This document shows, piece by piece, positions 25,947 to 37,260 of a stretch of DNA of 64,000 nucleotides; positions within the stretch are counted from its first letter, which is position 1; every line of letters begins with the position of its first letter. The stretch is from contig NC_068991.1 in NCBI RefSeq assembly GCF_001194135.2, positions 49,835,916-49,899,915 of the forward strand, written 5' to 3'. This stretch comes from Octopus bimaculoides. Lineage: Eukaryota. A model generated the notes under the pieces. It had not been told where the DNA came from. It saw nothing but the letters and a program-made list of their open reading frames with translations, and searched no databases. Both the position numbers and the translations under genes were made by a program.

Positions 25947-25964
25947 CTGTAATCAACAGACTAC
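25947..25964 (-). CDS. Candidate 18-nt microexon (GSLLIT, phase 1-1)
   Basis: Acceptor cactgtcaccttcccag and consensus donor CAG|GTAAGT. Only one frame is open. Confidence 0.25.
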
Positions 25965-26448
25965 CTGGGAAGGTGACAGTGATATGTTGAGGTGTCAATT
26001 CTCTACAACCCCACAACTTGTTTCATATTTAATATATGAAATCTAACTCAGATTATGTGTTCTAACCTAATGAAGTACCACTACAGGGAAGTGTAGCAAA
26101 TTGTATTTTTTTTTTTAATGTGACAACACAATTTAAACTACTACGGCACACAACAAATAGGTAAATATCAACAACAGGTAAATACCACAATCACAATGTG
26201 CATAATATTTATTACATTCTATGATAAAATTTCATCTATAGTCAGGCAACAGATATATTTTTTCTGATTTTTATACTGGATTAGCTGCTTTTTCATCAAA
26301 ATTCCCATTAGGATCAGATGTTGTAACAGGACTTGAGTGTTAAATAACAGACAACTCAGTACTTAACAGTCATTAGTAACCTATTTTAACTATAAATTAA
26401 TAAAAGTCAATGACATAATAAAATATTCATACAATACTTATTTTTCAA

Positions 26449-27052
26449 GGCAGCAAGCTGGCAGAATCATTAGCATGCCGGGGAAAATACTTAGCAGTAT
26501 TTTGTGCATCTTCAAATTCTGCTGAGGTCGACTTTGCCTTTCATCTTTTTGGGGTCAAAGTACCAGTTGAGCATTAGGGTCAATCATCATCATCATCATT
26601 TAACGTCCGCTTTCCAAGCTAGCATGGGTTGGACGATTTGACCGAGGACTGGTGAAACCAAATGGCTACACCAGGCTCCAATCTGATTTGGCAGAGTTTC
26701 TACAGCTGGATGCCCTTCCTAACACCAACCACTCCGAGAGTGTAGTGGGTGCTTTTACGTGCCACCGGCACGAAGGCCAGTCAGGTGGTACTGGCAACGG
26801 CCACGGTCAAAATGGTGTATTTTACATGCCACCTGCACAGGAGCCAGTCTAGCGGCACTGGCAACGATCTCACTTGAATGTCTTTACATGTGCCACCGGT
26901 ACAAGTGCCAGGAAGGCGACGCTGGGCACAGGTCCCATCATGATTTTGCTTTCGCTTGCCCCAACAGGTCTTCACAAGCCGAGTTTCAATATAATCAATT
27001 ATCCCCACTTCCTCGAAATTGCTAGCATTGTGCTAGAATTTGAAACCATTAT
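26449..27052 (+). mobile_element. tRNA-derived SINE (ggcagcaagctggcaga..gtcgactttgcctttcatc) interrupted by an (ATG)n-tailed element at ~26585-26990
   Basis: The head matches 51764-51950, and the SINE body resumes at ~26990 (ataatcaattatcccc..). Confidence 0.75.
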
Positions 27053-28741
27053 TATAAGTAGTGGTAGCAGTTGTAATAGCAAAGTTTCCCTGTGTTAAAA
27101 TGATTGACAGGTCAATGTTATATACTATACAAGTCCAGAGCCAACTCCTTGCCTTCAGTCCTAACAGACTAGTGCCCTACTTGATTGGCCATAACTGGAC
27201 ATATCGTAACCTGTCTTCTATGTGATGTTCTTTGTCATCATTGACAACGACAGATGAACTAATATTTTATTTTATGTTATAACAATAGCTAAAGCATACG
27301 ATAATTGAATGTTAGGATTAATATTATTTTCAAGTTAAAATCAATCACTTAAAAATTTATGCTCATTATACGTATACACAGCTAATCATCTTCTTCAGAG
27401 AATTGCTCTTAGTGACAACTACTTGAAAACATTAGAAGTAATTTAATCCTAATAAATGAACTAATGGTAATCAACCACTTTCACAGACAATAGGTGCCTC
27501 TACTATTTACTCCTTTACAAAGCAATGAAGTACCTACTTGATAAAAGCTGCAGAATGTTTGCATAAGGACTTTATAACCATGTATTCCAGCTTAGTTGAA
27601 GCATTCAGATGCGAGTCAGAAGCATAGGACTTTAGACAGTTTTGGATGGAGGAAGATTGTTCTCTGGAGAATGCATTTCTGTAGTGAGAACCATCATTTC
27701 AGAAGACATGCACATGGAAATGATTTTATGAGTAATAAACAGAACAACGAAGAAAAGTTTCAGACTGAGAAGTTATAGAAGAAATAAGGGTTTGTTTATA
27801 GATGGACAGAAAGCAACAAAGAATGCAATAAGAAGAAGTTAGGAATTTGTAATTGTTAAAGATTAAAAATTATAATTCTTGATTAATATTCTTCACAGAG
27901 AAGTTGATTTTATTTTAACAGAAAAATGTAGTTAGGAAGAACCTACAAAGTCACAATAATCTAGATTTAAGCAAACTTCATATTCTAGCAATAAAAGGAT
28001 TAGAAATCTCAGCAATGGTGATATTTTAGAGGCTTTCAGAGATTAAATAGAGCCTATTCCTTGGGTTTAAAGAAATGTAACACAATTTAATGAGTCTTGA
28101 GATGACATGATTCAGTGACTTAACTTATTCAATGCTATCACAGAGGAAATAGAAATAAAATCCCATAAAATATGCTAGTAATGCAGTAGTTGAGATGGAG
28201 ACAGTGGGTCATGAGAGAGGAGAAGAGACTGGATTCTTTTATAAGAATGTGAAGGAAGAGTAACAACAGATGGTTAGAGATGAGGGTTGAAGTGAATGTG
28301 ATAAACAAGGGTTGAAATGCAGTAGATGGGAAATACTAGTATGGAGAAGTGAAAAGTGAGAGAGATAGAAGTGACTCAAGAAGGACATATCAAGAGGTAG
28401 GAGCAGGGGAGATGACATGCAAGGTGTAGAGTGGTGAGGAGGGAGACGTAGGGGTATATAAGAGTGGCGGCTATAGTGAGTGGGAAATGATGGAAGATAT
28501 GAGGGAGTTCTGAGAAAGAGTACATATCTGAGGTGTTAAAATGGAGTATGGTAGAGGAGAGAAACAGCCAAAGGCACAGAAAAGTGGTGGTCAGTGGAAA
28601 TAGTGTGAATGGGGAAGAGACGATACCAGAGATAAGGGATGGAAGGAGTTCTGAAAGGAGAGGGGAGAGGGTATCTGGTAGTGTAAAGAAAGTCAGAGCA
28701 ATTGTACCCTAAAGTGATAACAGCCACCAAGTACTGGCATA

Positions 28742-28782
<41 letters not shown>

Positions 28783-28805
28783 TGTGTATTTATGTNNNNN
28801 NNNNN

Positions 28806-28853
<48 letters not shown>

Positions 28854-29737
28854 TGTGTGTGTGTCATTACCGAACATTGTTTACAGTCATTAGAACATGC
28901 CAATGTGACCAATATGGATTAATATATCAAAACATCATTATTTGTTTGGTCAGATTCTAAAAACTAATGACTGTGACAATTAAAAACTTACGTTTATTCA
29001 AGGTTTATCACTTTTCTAAGATCTTTATTTTTTGAATTGTATTATTAAGACAAATATAAATTTAAATGTCGCATTAATCAAATCCACTTCTCTATGGGCT
29101 TAGATTTTAGACTGTTGCCAACATTTAACAGTTTTCATTTTCATAGTAGTCCAAATGAAACCAATTGACCACTTTTTAAAATAGATATCTCAACCAGAAA
29201 GTTTGCATCTTAGGCAAGCAACTTGGTAATTCTTACGAAGTTATTCCATGAATACTTTGACTGGTCCCATAGTTTTTGGTAATTTTTTAACATAAGCACA
29301 GTTTGTTCAGCACCCCTATCTTTTACCATCTGGTTATTTATACTGGGCTAACCAGTCATCATTTAGTAAAAATAGTTTGTCACTACTCCAGAAAGTCTGG
29401 TATTTGTTCAACTTTAAAATGATGTCTCATAATAAAATTCATCTGCAGCCTAAGCTCAAACATCATACTGCTAACCTTATTAAAAAGATAACAACCATGT
29501 GACATAGCAAGTCTAAATATTGCAAAGTTACAAACATGAGTACTATAGTAGATGTTTCTGTGCAAAATTAAGCAAAAAGATTCATCTGTAATTCATCTAA
29601 ATTGTATCATTATTACCATCATTATCCAAACATCAATAATTGCCGATATACATTGATAAGTGTTCACATTACTTTCCAATGTCATTCTTACATCATTTGA
29701 TTTTGTGTGCTAAAGTTTTGGGTAACAATACATAAAT

Positions 29738-30662
29738 ACCAGAGTTCCAGAAAACTAAAATAGCATCAAGAAGAATCCATTGTCACTTGAAATATTAAAG
29801 ATTTTTCTTCTCATGGCCCATCATCATCATAACTCCCTTTTTGCTTGTTATAATGCTGTGCCACATTTTCTTTGCTAGCACTTGTCTGAACTACCATTTA
29901 TCACTCACTCATGTATTTTTAACAACTTCATAATATTCTCAGTCATTGAAAACAAGACTAGTCATCACTACAAACTTCAGATACATGCATATAAGTGTTT
30001 GATAAGAGAAACTTCCATATTATAAAAAATTTACTGCCGGTCTCATGACAATGAAATCGTATAATATATACATTTTACAACCCAAGAGAATAGATAATTT
30101 TTGTACAAATCAAGATAAACTTTTAAGTTTTATTGATATTTTAGATTCAGTTTAGTTATTATTGCTTTTTTTTTTTTTTTTTTTTTTTTACAGGATATCT
30201 ATTTTTCAGGACATGATCAATGACAAACAGCAGGTTGAAGAAGGCTGTTACTGAGCAAGTTCACCTGAAGTTCACTAAAAAAGATATGAGGTGCTCAAAA
30301 CATCAGGTACAAGTTCTGCCTGATTAAGAAAGGATAATTTATATCTAGCAAGTAATGGAAGAATGCTGTGACCTCCAACATTGTGTGGTTTGATCTGAAT
30401 CCCTGGACTGTTACATTTGTAGTGTGAACACGAGGAGACCAACAGACAACCCATCATTTCCAGGGGTTTTTTGGGTGCTGCAATTTCAGGTATGATGAAC
30501 AGTTTGGGTTTGGGTCACCTGATATTTACATGAATGTGGCACAGCATTATAACAAGCAAAAAGGGAGTTATGATGATGATGGGCCATGAGAAGAAGAATC
30601 TTTAATATTTCAAGTGACAATGGATTCTTCTTGATGCTATTTTAGTTTTCTGGAACTCTGGT
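29738..30662. repeat. 130-bp inverted repeat (29738-29867 / 30533-30662) with 129/130 identity and a 665-bp spacer
   Basis: Base-by-base comparison; the single mismatch is T29804 against G30596. Confidence 0.95.
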
Positions 30663-30944
30663 TGTCACTTCCTTGGCTACTGTGCATCTGTAATTGGGGT
30701 GGAAGGGAATGTTATTGAATGGCCTATGTCTGGTACATTTCTATGGAAGTATGATGGTGTACTGTTTTGTCTTAGTTTTCCTGTTTTGTTTTGTTCATAC
30801 ATATGAAATGCATCCTGTGTGTGTGTGCAAATGTGCATGTGAGAGGGTAGGTGCTGACATGGTAGCTGTCTATTAATATGCATGTTGGTGCTTGAGTGTA
30901 TTGATATGTACTCATACTAGGACAATGATACATGTGTGAGAGAG

Positions 30945-30975
<31 letters not shown>

Positions 30976-31473
30976 GAAAAGAAAACATTCATATGACATC
31001 ACTTAATGAAAAGGATTGTTAAAAAGTCACTGAATATAATACTGAAATGTCATCACCTAAATTGAAAATAGAAACCTTAAATGTAACGCAATGGTGCTTC
31101 TAAGTTTATATGCTACCACAAAGTTAATAGGTCAGCTGAAGCAAAAAGAACTGGAGGATTAAAGAGGTTTTCTCTTCTAGTGCCATACAACAACCACCAT
31201 AATATAATTATATCACAAATAAGGAGGTCAGTTGTGTCTCTTGCATTGTAAGGTTGCACTGAGGAAACAAGATGCATAACTTTTTAGAAAGATTTAATTT
31301 AAAATTAAGCAAGCAGCTAATCATTAGTTTTCAATTTATTATTCTCTGATAATTAACTGAATATGACAGTCACTCAGGGTTCATTACAGACATCTCTTGC
31401 AGACAGGACACTTTCAACATGGAACAATTTGTACTCAAAACCAAACTAATGAAACACCTGACAAATATAACCA

Positions 31474-32391
31474 GGCATAACTAGATTCCTGCCCCCACCC
31501 AAATTTGGATGATCATAACTTTCAGAAAAATGGATATTTTTTAATGAAATTTTCTACGAATATGTTATATCATGTAAATTCCGAATATACAAAACTTTTT
31601 GGGAAAAAGTTTTATAGGATGGAGTGGGTGGGGAATTTCGTAAAATTCATCGGCATCCACTTCAATTCGTCTCAACTTTCAAGAAAATAGATATTCTTTA
31701 ATGAAATTTTCTACAAATATACCTNNNNNNNNNNNNNNNNNNNNNNNNNNNNNNNNNNNNNNNNNNNNNNNNNNNNNNNNNNNNNNNNNNNNNNNNNNNN
31801 NNNNNNNNNNNNNNNNNNNNNNNNNNNNNNNNNNNNNNNNNNNNNNNNNNNNNNNNNNNNNNNNNNNNNNNNNNNNNNNNNNNNNNNNNNNNNNNNNNNN
31901 NNNNNNNNNNNNNNNNNNNNNNNNNNNNNNNNNNNNNNNNNNNNNNNNNNNNNNNNNNNNNNNNNNNNNNNNNNNNNNNNNNNNNNNNNNNNNNNNNNNN
32001 NNNNNNNNNNNNNNNNNNNNNNNNAAAAAATGAAACAATATGGACTTGTTCCAAAACACCCACTAGTGGAGAACGGTCCTCAAAAGTAACCCCTAATTGT
32101 TTTCCTTCAAAATTCATGTTCTCGGAAGCTATGTAGTCCGAGGTATATTTGTAGAAAATTTAATTAAAAAATATCTATTTTCTTGAAAGTTAAGACGAAT
32201 TGATGTGGATGCTGGTGAATTTTCCGAAATTCCCCACCCCCTCCTAAAACACTTTCCCCAAAAAACTTTGTATATCCGGAATCTAGATGATATAACACAT
32301 ATTCATAGAAAATTTCATTAAAAAATATCCATTTTTCTGAAAGTTATGATCGTCCAAAGTTGGGTGGGGGGCAGGAATCTGTAGTTATGCC
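31474..32391. mobile_element. Long-TIR (>=250 bp) non-autonomous DNA transposon with an 8-bp TSD (TATAACCA)
   Basis: Ends are ggcataact(..)agattcctgcccc.. and ..ggggcaggaatctgtagttatgcc. The TSD is at 31466-31473 and 32392-32399. There is an internal N gap. Confidence 0.85.
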
Positions 32392-33222
32392 TATAACCAT
32401 CCACCTCGCTGCATACTGTAGTAACTGTAATTTCACTGAGGAAGCATTTGAAACCAAGTGTAAAGGGCTATTGGTAATTAAGTGCCTAAGCCATGGACAT
32501 AGAACAGAAATTAAATTGAGTAATGAGATAAGAGCCTCTGACATTTGAAGGGACTCTAGTAAAGACTGAAATTACATAGATCTGTTTTGAAAATTCTCTC
32601 AGCCAGATGGCTGAGAGATTTACAAACTTAAGACACCTATTAAGTTTAATTTAGAGGATGCTGCAAGATGGAAAAGAGAATGAAGAGTGAATGAAAGGAG
32701 GTACTCAGTGTTTTAGCACTCTCAGTCACAACCAAATATAGAGAGTGGGAAATTAGTACTTATTTCTACAATACCTCAATATCAAGTTTGATTAGTACAA
32801 GATTAAAAACAGCAGAGAAGGATTATATCTGATGGTCAAGGAAAAAATAATAGCTTTTTAAGCAGCAGAGACTAGTTCTCCATAGAAATATTTAGCATCT
32901 TTGGATGAAAAATATTCACTGAATGAATTCAAGAAAATAATGAACTTGTTTAAATCCCTTTTTTTTTTTTCTATTTTACATTATATGTGAACCTTATTCA
33001 TGTGTTAAATGAAAGCTGAACTGCCAACACAAGCCATATAACTCTGGTACAATATCCACTTGGCCTACCCCAGCAAGAATTACACAAGTACTTGAGAAAG
33101 GAATTTAATATATGTTCAAATATACAACCAAGGAGAATACTTTCAAGCATTATAAATCATTTTACATGCTAAATAAATCAAAAGAAAAGCATTTTAAAAC
33201 ATATATACAAAAATTTAAGCAC

Positions 33223-33354
33223 CTTAATTGGAACCAGGTACTAAAATCAGATAAAGTTCGAGGTCCATTTAATACAGGAAGGGATGTTGCAGTCTGAAGT
33301 TGCCAAGATGTCAAACTTTCAGAATCACTGGATTTGTTAAATAATGTTGGACTG
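33223..33354 (-). CDS. Coding exon B (132 nt, phase 2-2): SPTLFNKSSDSESLTSWQLQTATSLPVLNGPRTLSDFSTWFQL
   Basis: Branch-like gactaac plus the tandem acceptor caacag|cag, a 43-codon open frame with an in-frame TGA just upstream in the intron, and donor AAG|GTGCTT. The 3' motif is shared with exon 42286-42447. Confidence 0.6.
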
Positions 33355-33620
33355 CTGTTGGTGAAAGTTAGTCAATATACATTTTAACATCAACATTACA
33401 AGCAAAAGAAAATTTGTAATTGACTACTAAGATTAACTACTAAATAAACTAGTAGAAAACTTATTGTGAATAATTCTTTATATATCAAATATGATTTTTG
33501 AGCAGAAAATAAAATTGGAAACTTGAAATTGGCTCTGAATCTGAAGACTGTTTGTGAAACATTTCATGCATTGGTGAATTATTGATTAAATACAAATATA
33601 CATATTCATCTATATATTTA

Positions 33621-34149
33621 TACAGGCACACGCATAGACACTTGTACAGGCACACGCATAGACACTTGTACAGGCACACGCATAGACACTTGTACAGGCA
33701 CACGCATAGACACTTGTACAGGCACACGCATAGACACTTGTACAGGCACACGCATAGACACTTNNNNNNNNNNNNNNNNNNNNNNNNNNNNNNNNNNNNN
33801 NNNNNNNNNNNNNNNNNNNNNNNNNNNNNNNNNNNNNNNNNNNNNNNNNNNNNNNNNNNNNNNNNNNNNNNNNNNNNNNNNNNNNNNNNNNNNNNNNNNN
33901 NNNNNNNNNNNNNNNNNNNNNNNNNNNNNNNNNNNNNNNNNNNNNNNNNNNNNNNNNNNNNNNNNNNNNNNNNNNNNNNNNNNNNNNNNNNNNNNNNNNN
34001 NNNNNNNNNNNNNNNNNNNNNNNNNNNNNATACAGGCACACGCATAGACACTTGTACAGGCACACGCATAGACACTTGTACAGGCACACGCATAGACACT
34101 TGTACAGGCACACGCATAGACACTTGTACAGGCACACGCATAGACACTT
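33621..34149. repeat. 24-bp minisatellite (tacaggcacacgcatagacacttg)n spanning a gap
   Basis: About 6 identical units lie before the N gap and about 5 after it. Degenerate related units continue to ~34500. Confidence 0.95.
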
Positions 34150-35019
34150 AAACATACCCACGCATACCTCTAGACACTTCTACAAACATACGCATACCTC
34201 TAGACACTTCTACAAATATACACACACATACCTCTAGACACTTCTACAAACATACACACGCATACCTCTAGACACTTATACAAACACACACATACCTTTA
34301 TACACTTATACAAACAAACACCTGCATACCTCTAGACAAATAAACATACCTACACATACCTCTAGACATACAAACATACATATGCATACCTCTAGACACA
34401 TATAAACATACATACACATACCTGTAGACACACATAAACATACATATGCATATATCTAGACATTTATATAAACATACATACACATATGCATATATATATA
34501 TATTTATATTCACACTGTGTGTGTATGTGTGTGTCTATCAATATTTAATGTCCCTTTTTCTATGAGGGCATTAGTTACATGGTTCAACATGAACTGACAA
34601 GGTAAAGGGTGGCACTGAATTCCAATGTCTGCTTTGGCATGGTTTCTGCAGCTGGATGCTCTTCCTAACACCAACTACTTCACAGTGTACTGGGTGTTTT
34701 GTGTTCATGACACCAGCACTGGTGAGGTCACTAAGCACTCAGAAGACAAGATCTCATTTCAGTAGGGTATTGTATGGATGGGTAAGAAAGTAGGATAGAA
34801 CAGAAGCAAGTGTCTTGCTGAAGAGGTGAATAAATGGTTACATCTGGAGAGAAAAAGAGAGAGGGAGAAAGAGAGAGCAGTGGTAAAGGTACATGGTGAA
34901 TATATAAGACAGAAACAGAAAAGGTGGTGAGTAAATAGGTGTTTTAGAGTGAAAATAGTGCACGGAATGATCAGAGATGGGAATGAGTGGGACACAATGA
35001 ATATCAGAATATATACTCT

Positions 35020-35225
35020 TACTTGTTTCAGTCCTTTGACTGCAGCCATGCTGGAGCACTGCCTTTTTTTTTAGTAGAGCAAATCGACCCCAGGACTTAT
35101 TCTTTGGAAGCCTAGTACTTATTCTATCGGTCTCTTTTGCTGAAGGACTAAGTTACGGGGGCGTAAACACACCACCATCGGTTGTCAAGCGATGCTGGGG
35201 GGGACAAACACAGACACACAAACAT

Positions 35226-35286
<61 letters not shown>

Positions 35287-35445
35287 ACGGGCTTCTTTCA
35301 GTTTCTGTCTACCAAATCCATTCACAAGGCTTTGGTCGGCCCGAGGCTATAGTAGATGCTTGCCCAAGGTGCCACACAGTGGGATGGAACCTGGAACCAT
35401 GTGGTTGTTAAACAAGCTACTTACCACACAGCCACTCCTGTACCT
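35020..35445 (-). mobile_element. Near full-length tRNA-derived SINE with an internal (TA)n
   Basis: cttgtttcagtc..gcagccatgctggagc..gggcttctttcagtttc..ggaaccatgtggttg. The homologous copy is at 59150-59600. Confidence 0.85.
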
Positions 35446-35689
35446 GTAACTTCATAATCATTTAATATCCACTTTTCCAAGCTTGCATGAAACAGATGGA
35501 ATCTATCAAGGCAAATTTCTGAGACTGGATTTTCAGATTTAACCCATTAAAAATAATGAAGGGAATCAGACTAAGCTGTAGTCAAAGGAAATTAATTCAA
35601 AAGTGCCAATGCAAGTCAGGAAATGCAGTAATGTAGGTGGGAATTTCAAACAGATCCACCTATGAAGCTTACAATCACTCAAATTAGAG

Positions 35690-36040
35690 ATAAGTTGGAT
35701 GCATAAGGAATTACTCAGAGCATCTACAAATGTTCTGGAAGACTGCAGATATCAACAAGCCCCATAAAGCAAGAAAGAGCACAAGAATAGAGTTCAAAAT
35801 AATCTGTGCAGTAAGCAAGTTGTAAGATAGGAATTTCAAAATCAAGTGTACAGCACATTTTGAAGCACTGTCGTTGGAAAAGGTACATTCCAAGAATAGT
35901 CCATGCTTTTAATAAAGATGATCTGAACCAAAGAGTCAGGTTTTGTTGGTGGTATTGGCAACATATGTAAAAGATGCATGCATTCTAACAAAAATTGCCT
36001 GGACTGATGAGGCTAGATTTAAATTAAATTTCTCAATTAC
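35690..36040 (+). mobile_element. Degenerate Tc1/mariner-superfamily transposase fragment
   Basis: Frameshifted D..QRVRFCWW..IAWTDEARFKLN, which matches the first-Asp (W[ST]DEA.F) region. Confidence 0.55.
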
Positions 36041-36914
36041 AGATTAGGATTAGAAGCAGTAGAGTACAGGATAGACATTTGGCCTTCAATAAACAATATT
36101 ACTTTCAAATAAATGAGACAGTAATGATCTCTAAAGTTGCACCCACATTTGCAACATTAATATTGGAATTGCTTGATGAAAAAAATTCAATCCCTATGAT
36201 GAGATTACTTTCAACCAGAATTTCCAATCTTATTTAAAATGAAATTGTAAAAGATTCCTGGAAAAATGTTCTGTATTTTAGAACAGAAAAAAAGAAGTTT
36301 AAAAAGACTCCTTAAATATATAAACAGCATTCATGAATTAATCTAGTTCACTACAAAAATAAAAAAAAGGAACTTCCTTAAGGAAAATGAAACAATTGCA
36401 ACCAATTTCTACAGCAAGAATAGACACACACCAATACTTAGATTTTAGATATGCCACCCATCACACATCAAAAGGAATATCCTATTTAATATGGCAAGAT
36501 GTATATGTTCAATAGTTAAAATACTTCTTTCTTTCAAAATGATGGAAGGAAATGATCAATGAAAGGCAAAGGAAGAATACTCTACAAAAATTTTAGGAAA
36601 TAACCTACACCTCTCCTAAAAACAACTTTCCCTATACAGACTACCCCATGACACCTGTGTTTAAAAAGCTAAAACCCACAAAAGACTTGCACAATATGTT
36701 TGTATCATTCTGCTTTTTAAGTTTCTATGTATACACTATATGCAAGTTACAAAGAAGTATCTCTATCATTTTGTTCATGTCAAGCAGACTCATGTGGGTC
36801 AATGCCTGATTCTGCTCTGTATATATTTCTATTTATTCTGGTTCTGTGTATATATGTGTGTATGTGTGTATATATATTTATATACACACACACACACACA
36901 CACACACAGAGTCT

Positions 36915-37260
36915 GACAGTTCACAACACCTTCGACAAGTGTCTTCTACTATGGCCCAGGGCTGGACAGCACTTCCTGGTTGGACTTGTGGAAATATAAA
37001 ATGAGAAGAGTCCAGTGTGTGTGGGTGGGTCTCCTAGTCTCAGCATCACATGATAGTTGTAAAATGAGCATCAGCATCATACAAGAGTCGTCATTCTTTG
37101 TCAATCTTTCCTGAAGCAGGTCTGGCCATGGAAATATATTAGCCTGTTTGGGAGATGAGGGTCAGCAAAAGAAAAGGCATCTAGTCACAGAAAATCTACC
37201 GCAAACAATTCTATCTGAGCCATGTAAGCATGGAAAAGTAGACATTAAAATGATGATGTA
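36915..37260 (+). mobile_element. Degenerate tRNA-derived SINE ending in the RTE-type (ATG)n tail
   Basis: caagtgtcttctactatgg core with the 3' end agcatggaaaagtagacattaaaatgatgatg. Confidence 0.55.

Noticed and set aside
30194-30489. Plus-strand exon inside the inverted repeat (poly-T acceptor, CAG|GTATGA donor), suggesting a circRNA or poison exon
   Set aside because: It has stops in all three frames, there is no plus-strand host gene evidence, and the T run is equally explained as a minus-strand poly(A).
32618-32641. 24-nt minus-strand exon candidate behind a strong pyrimidine tract
   Set aside because: Only phase 1-1 is open, which is incompatible with exon B, and the tract resembles retroelement 3' spacer sequence.
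33621-34149. CRISPR-like array or repetitive protein (YRHTHRHL)n
   Set aside because: The units are directly adjacent with no spacers, and the ORFs are an artefact of the 24-bp period and the N gap.
35020-37260. Inverted SINE pair in the A-B intron as a strong dsRNA or splicing switch
   Set aside because: The shared part is only about 100 bp and is heavily diverged by eye.
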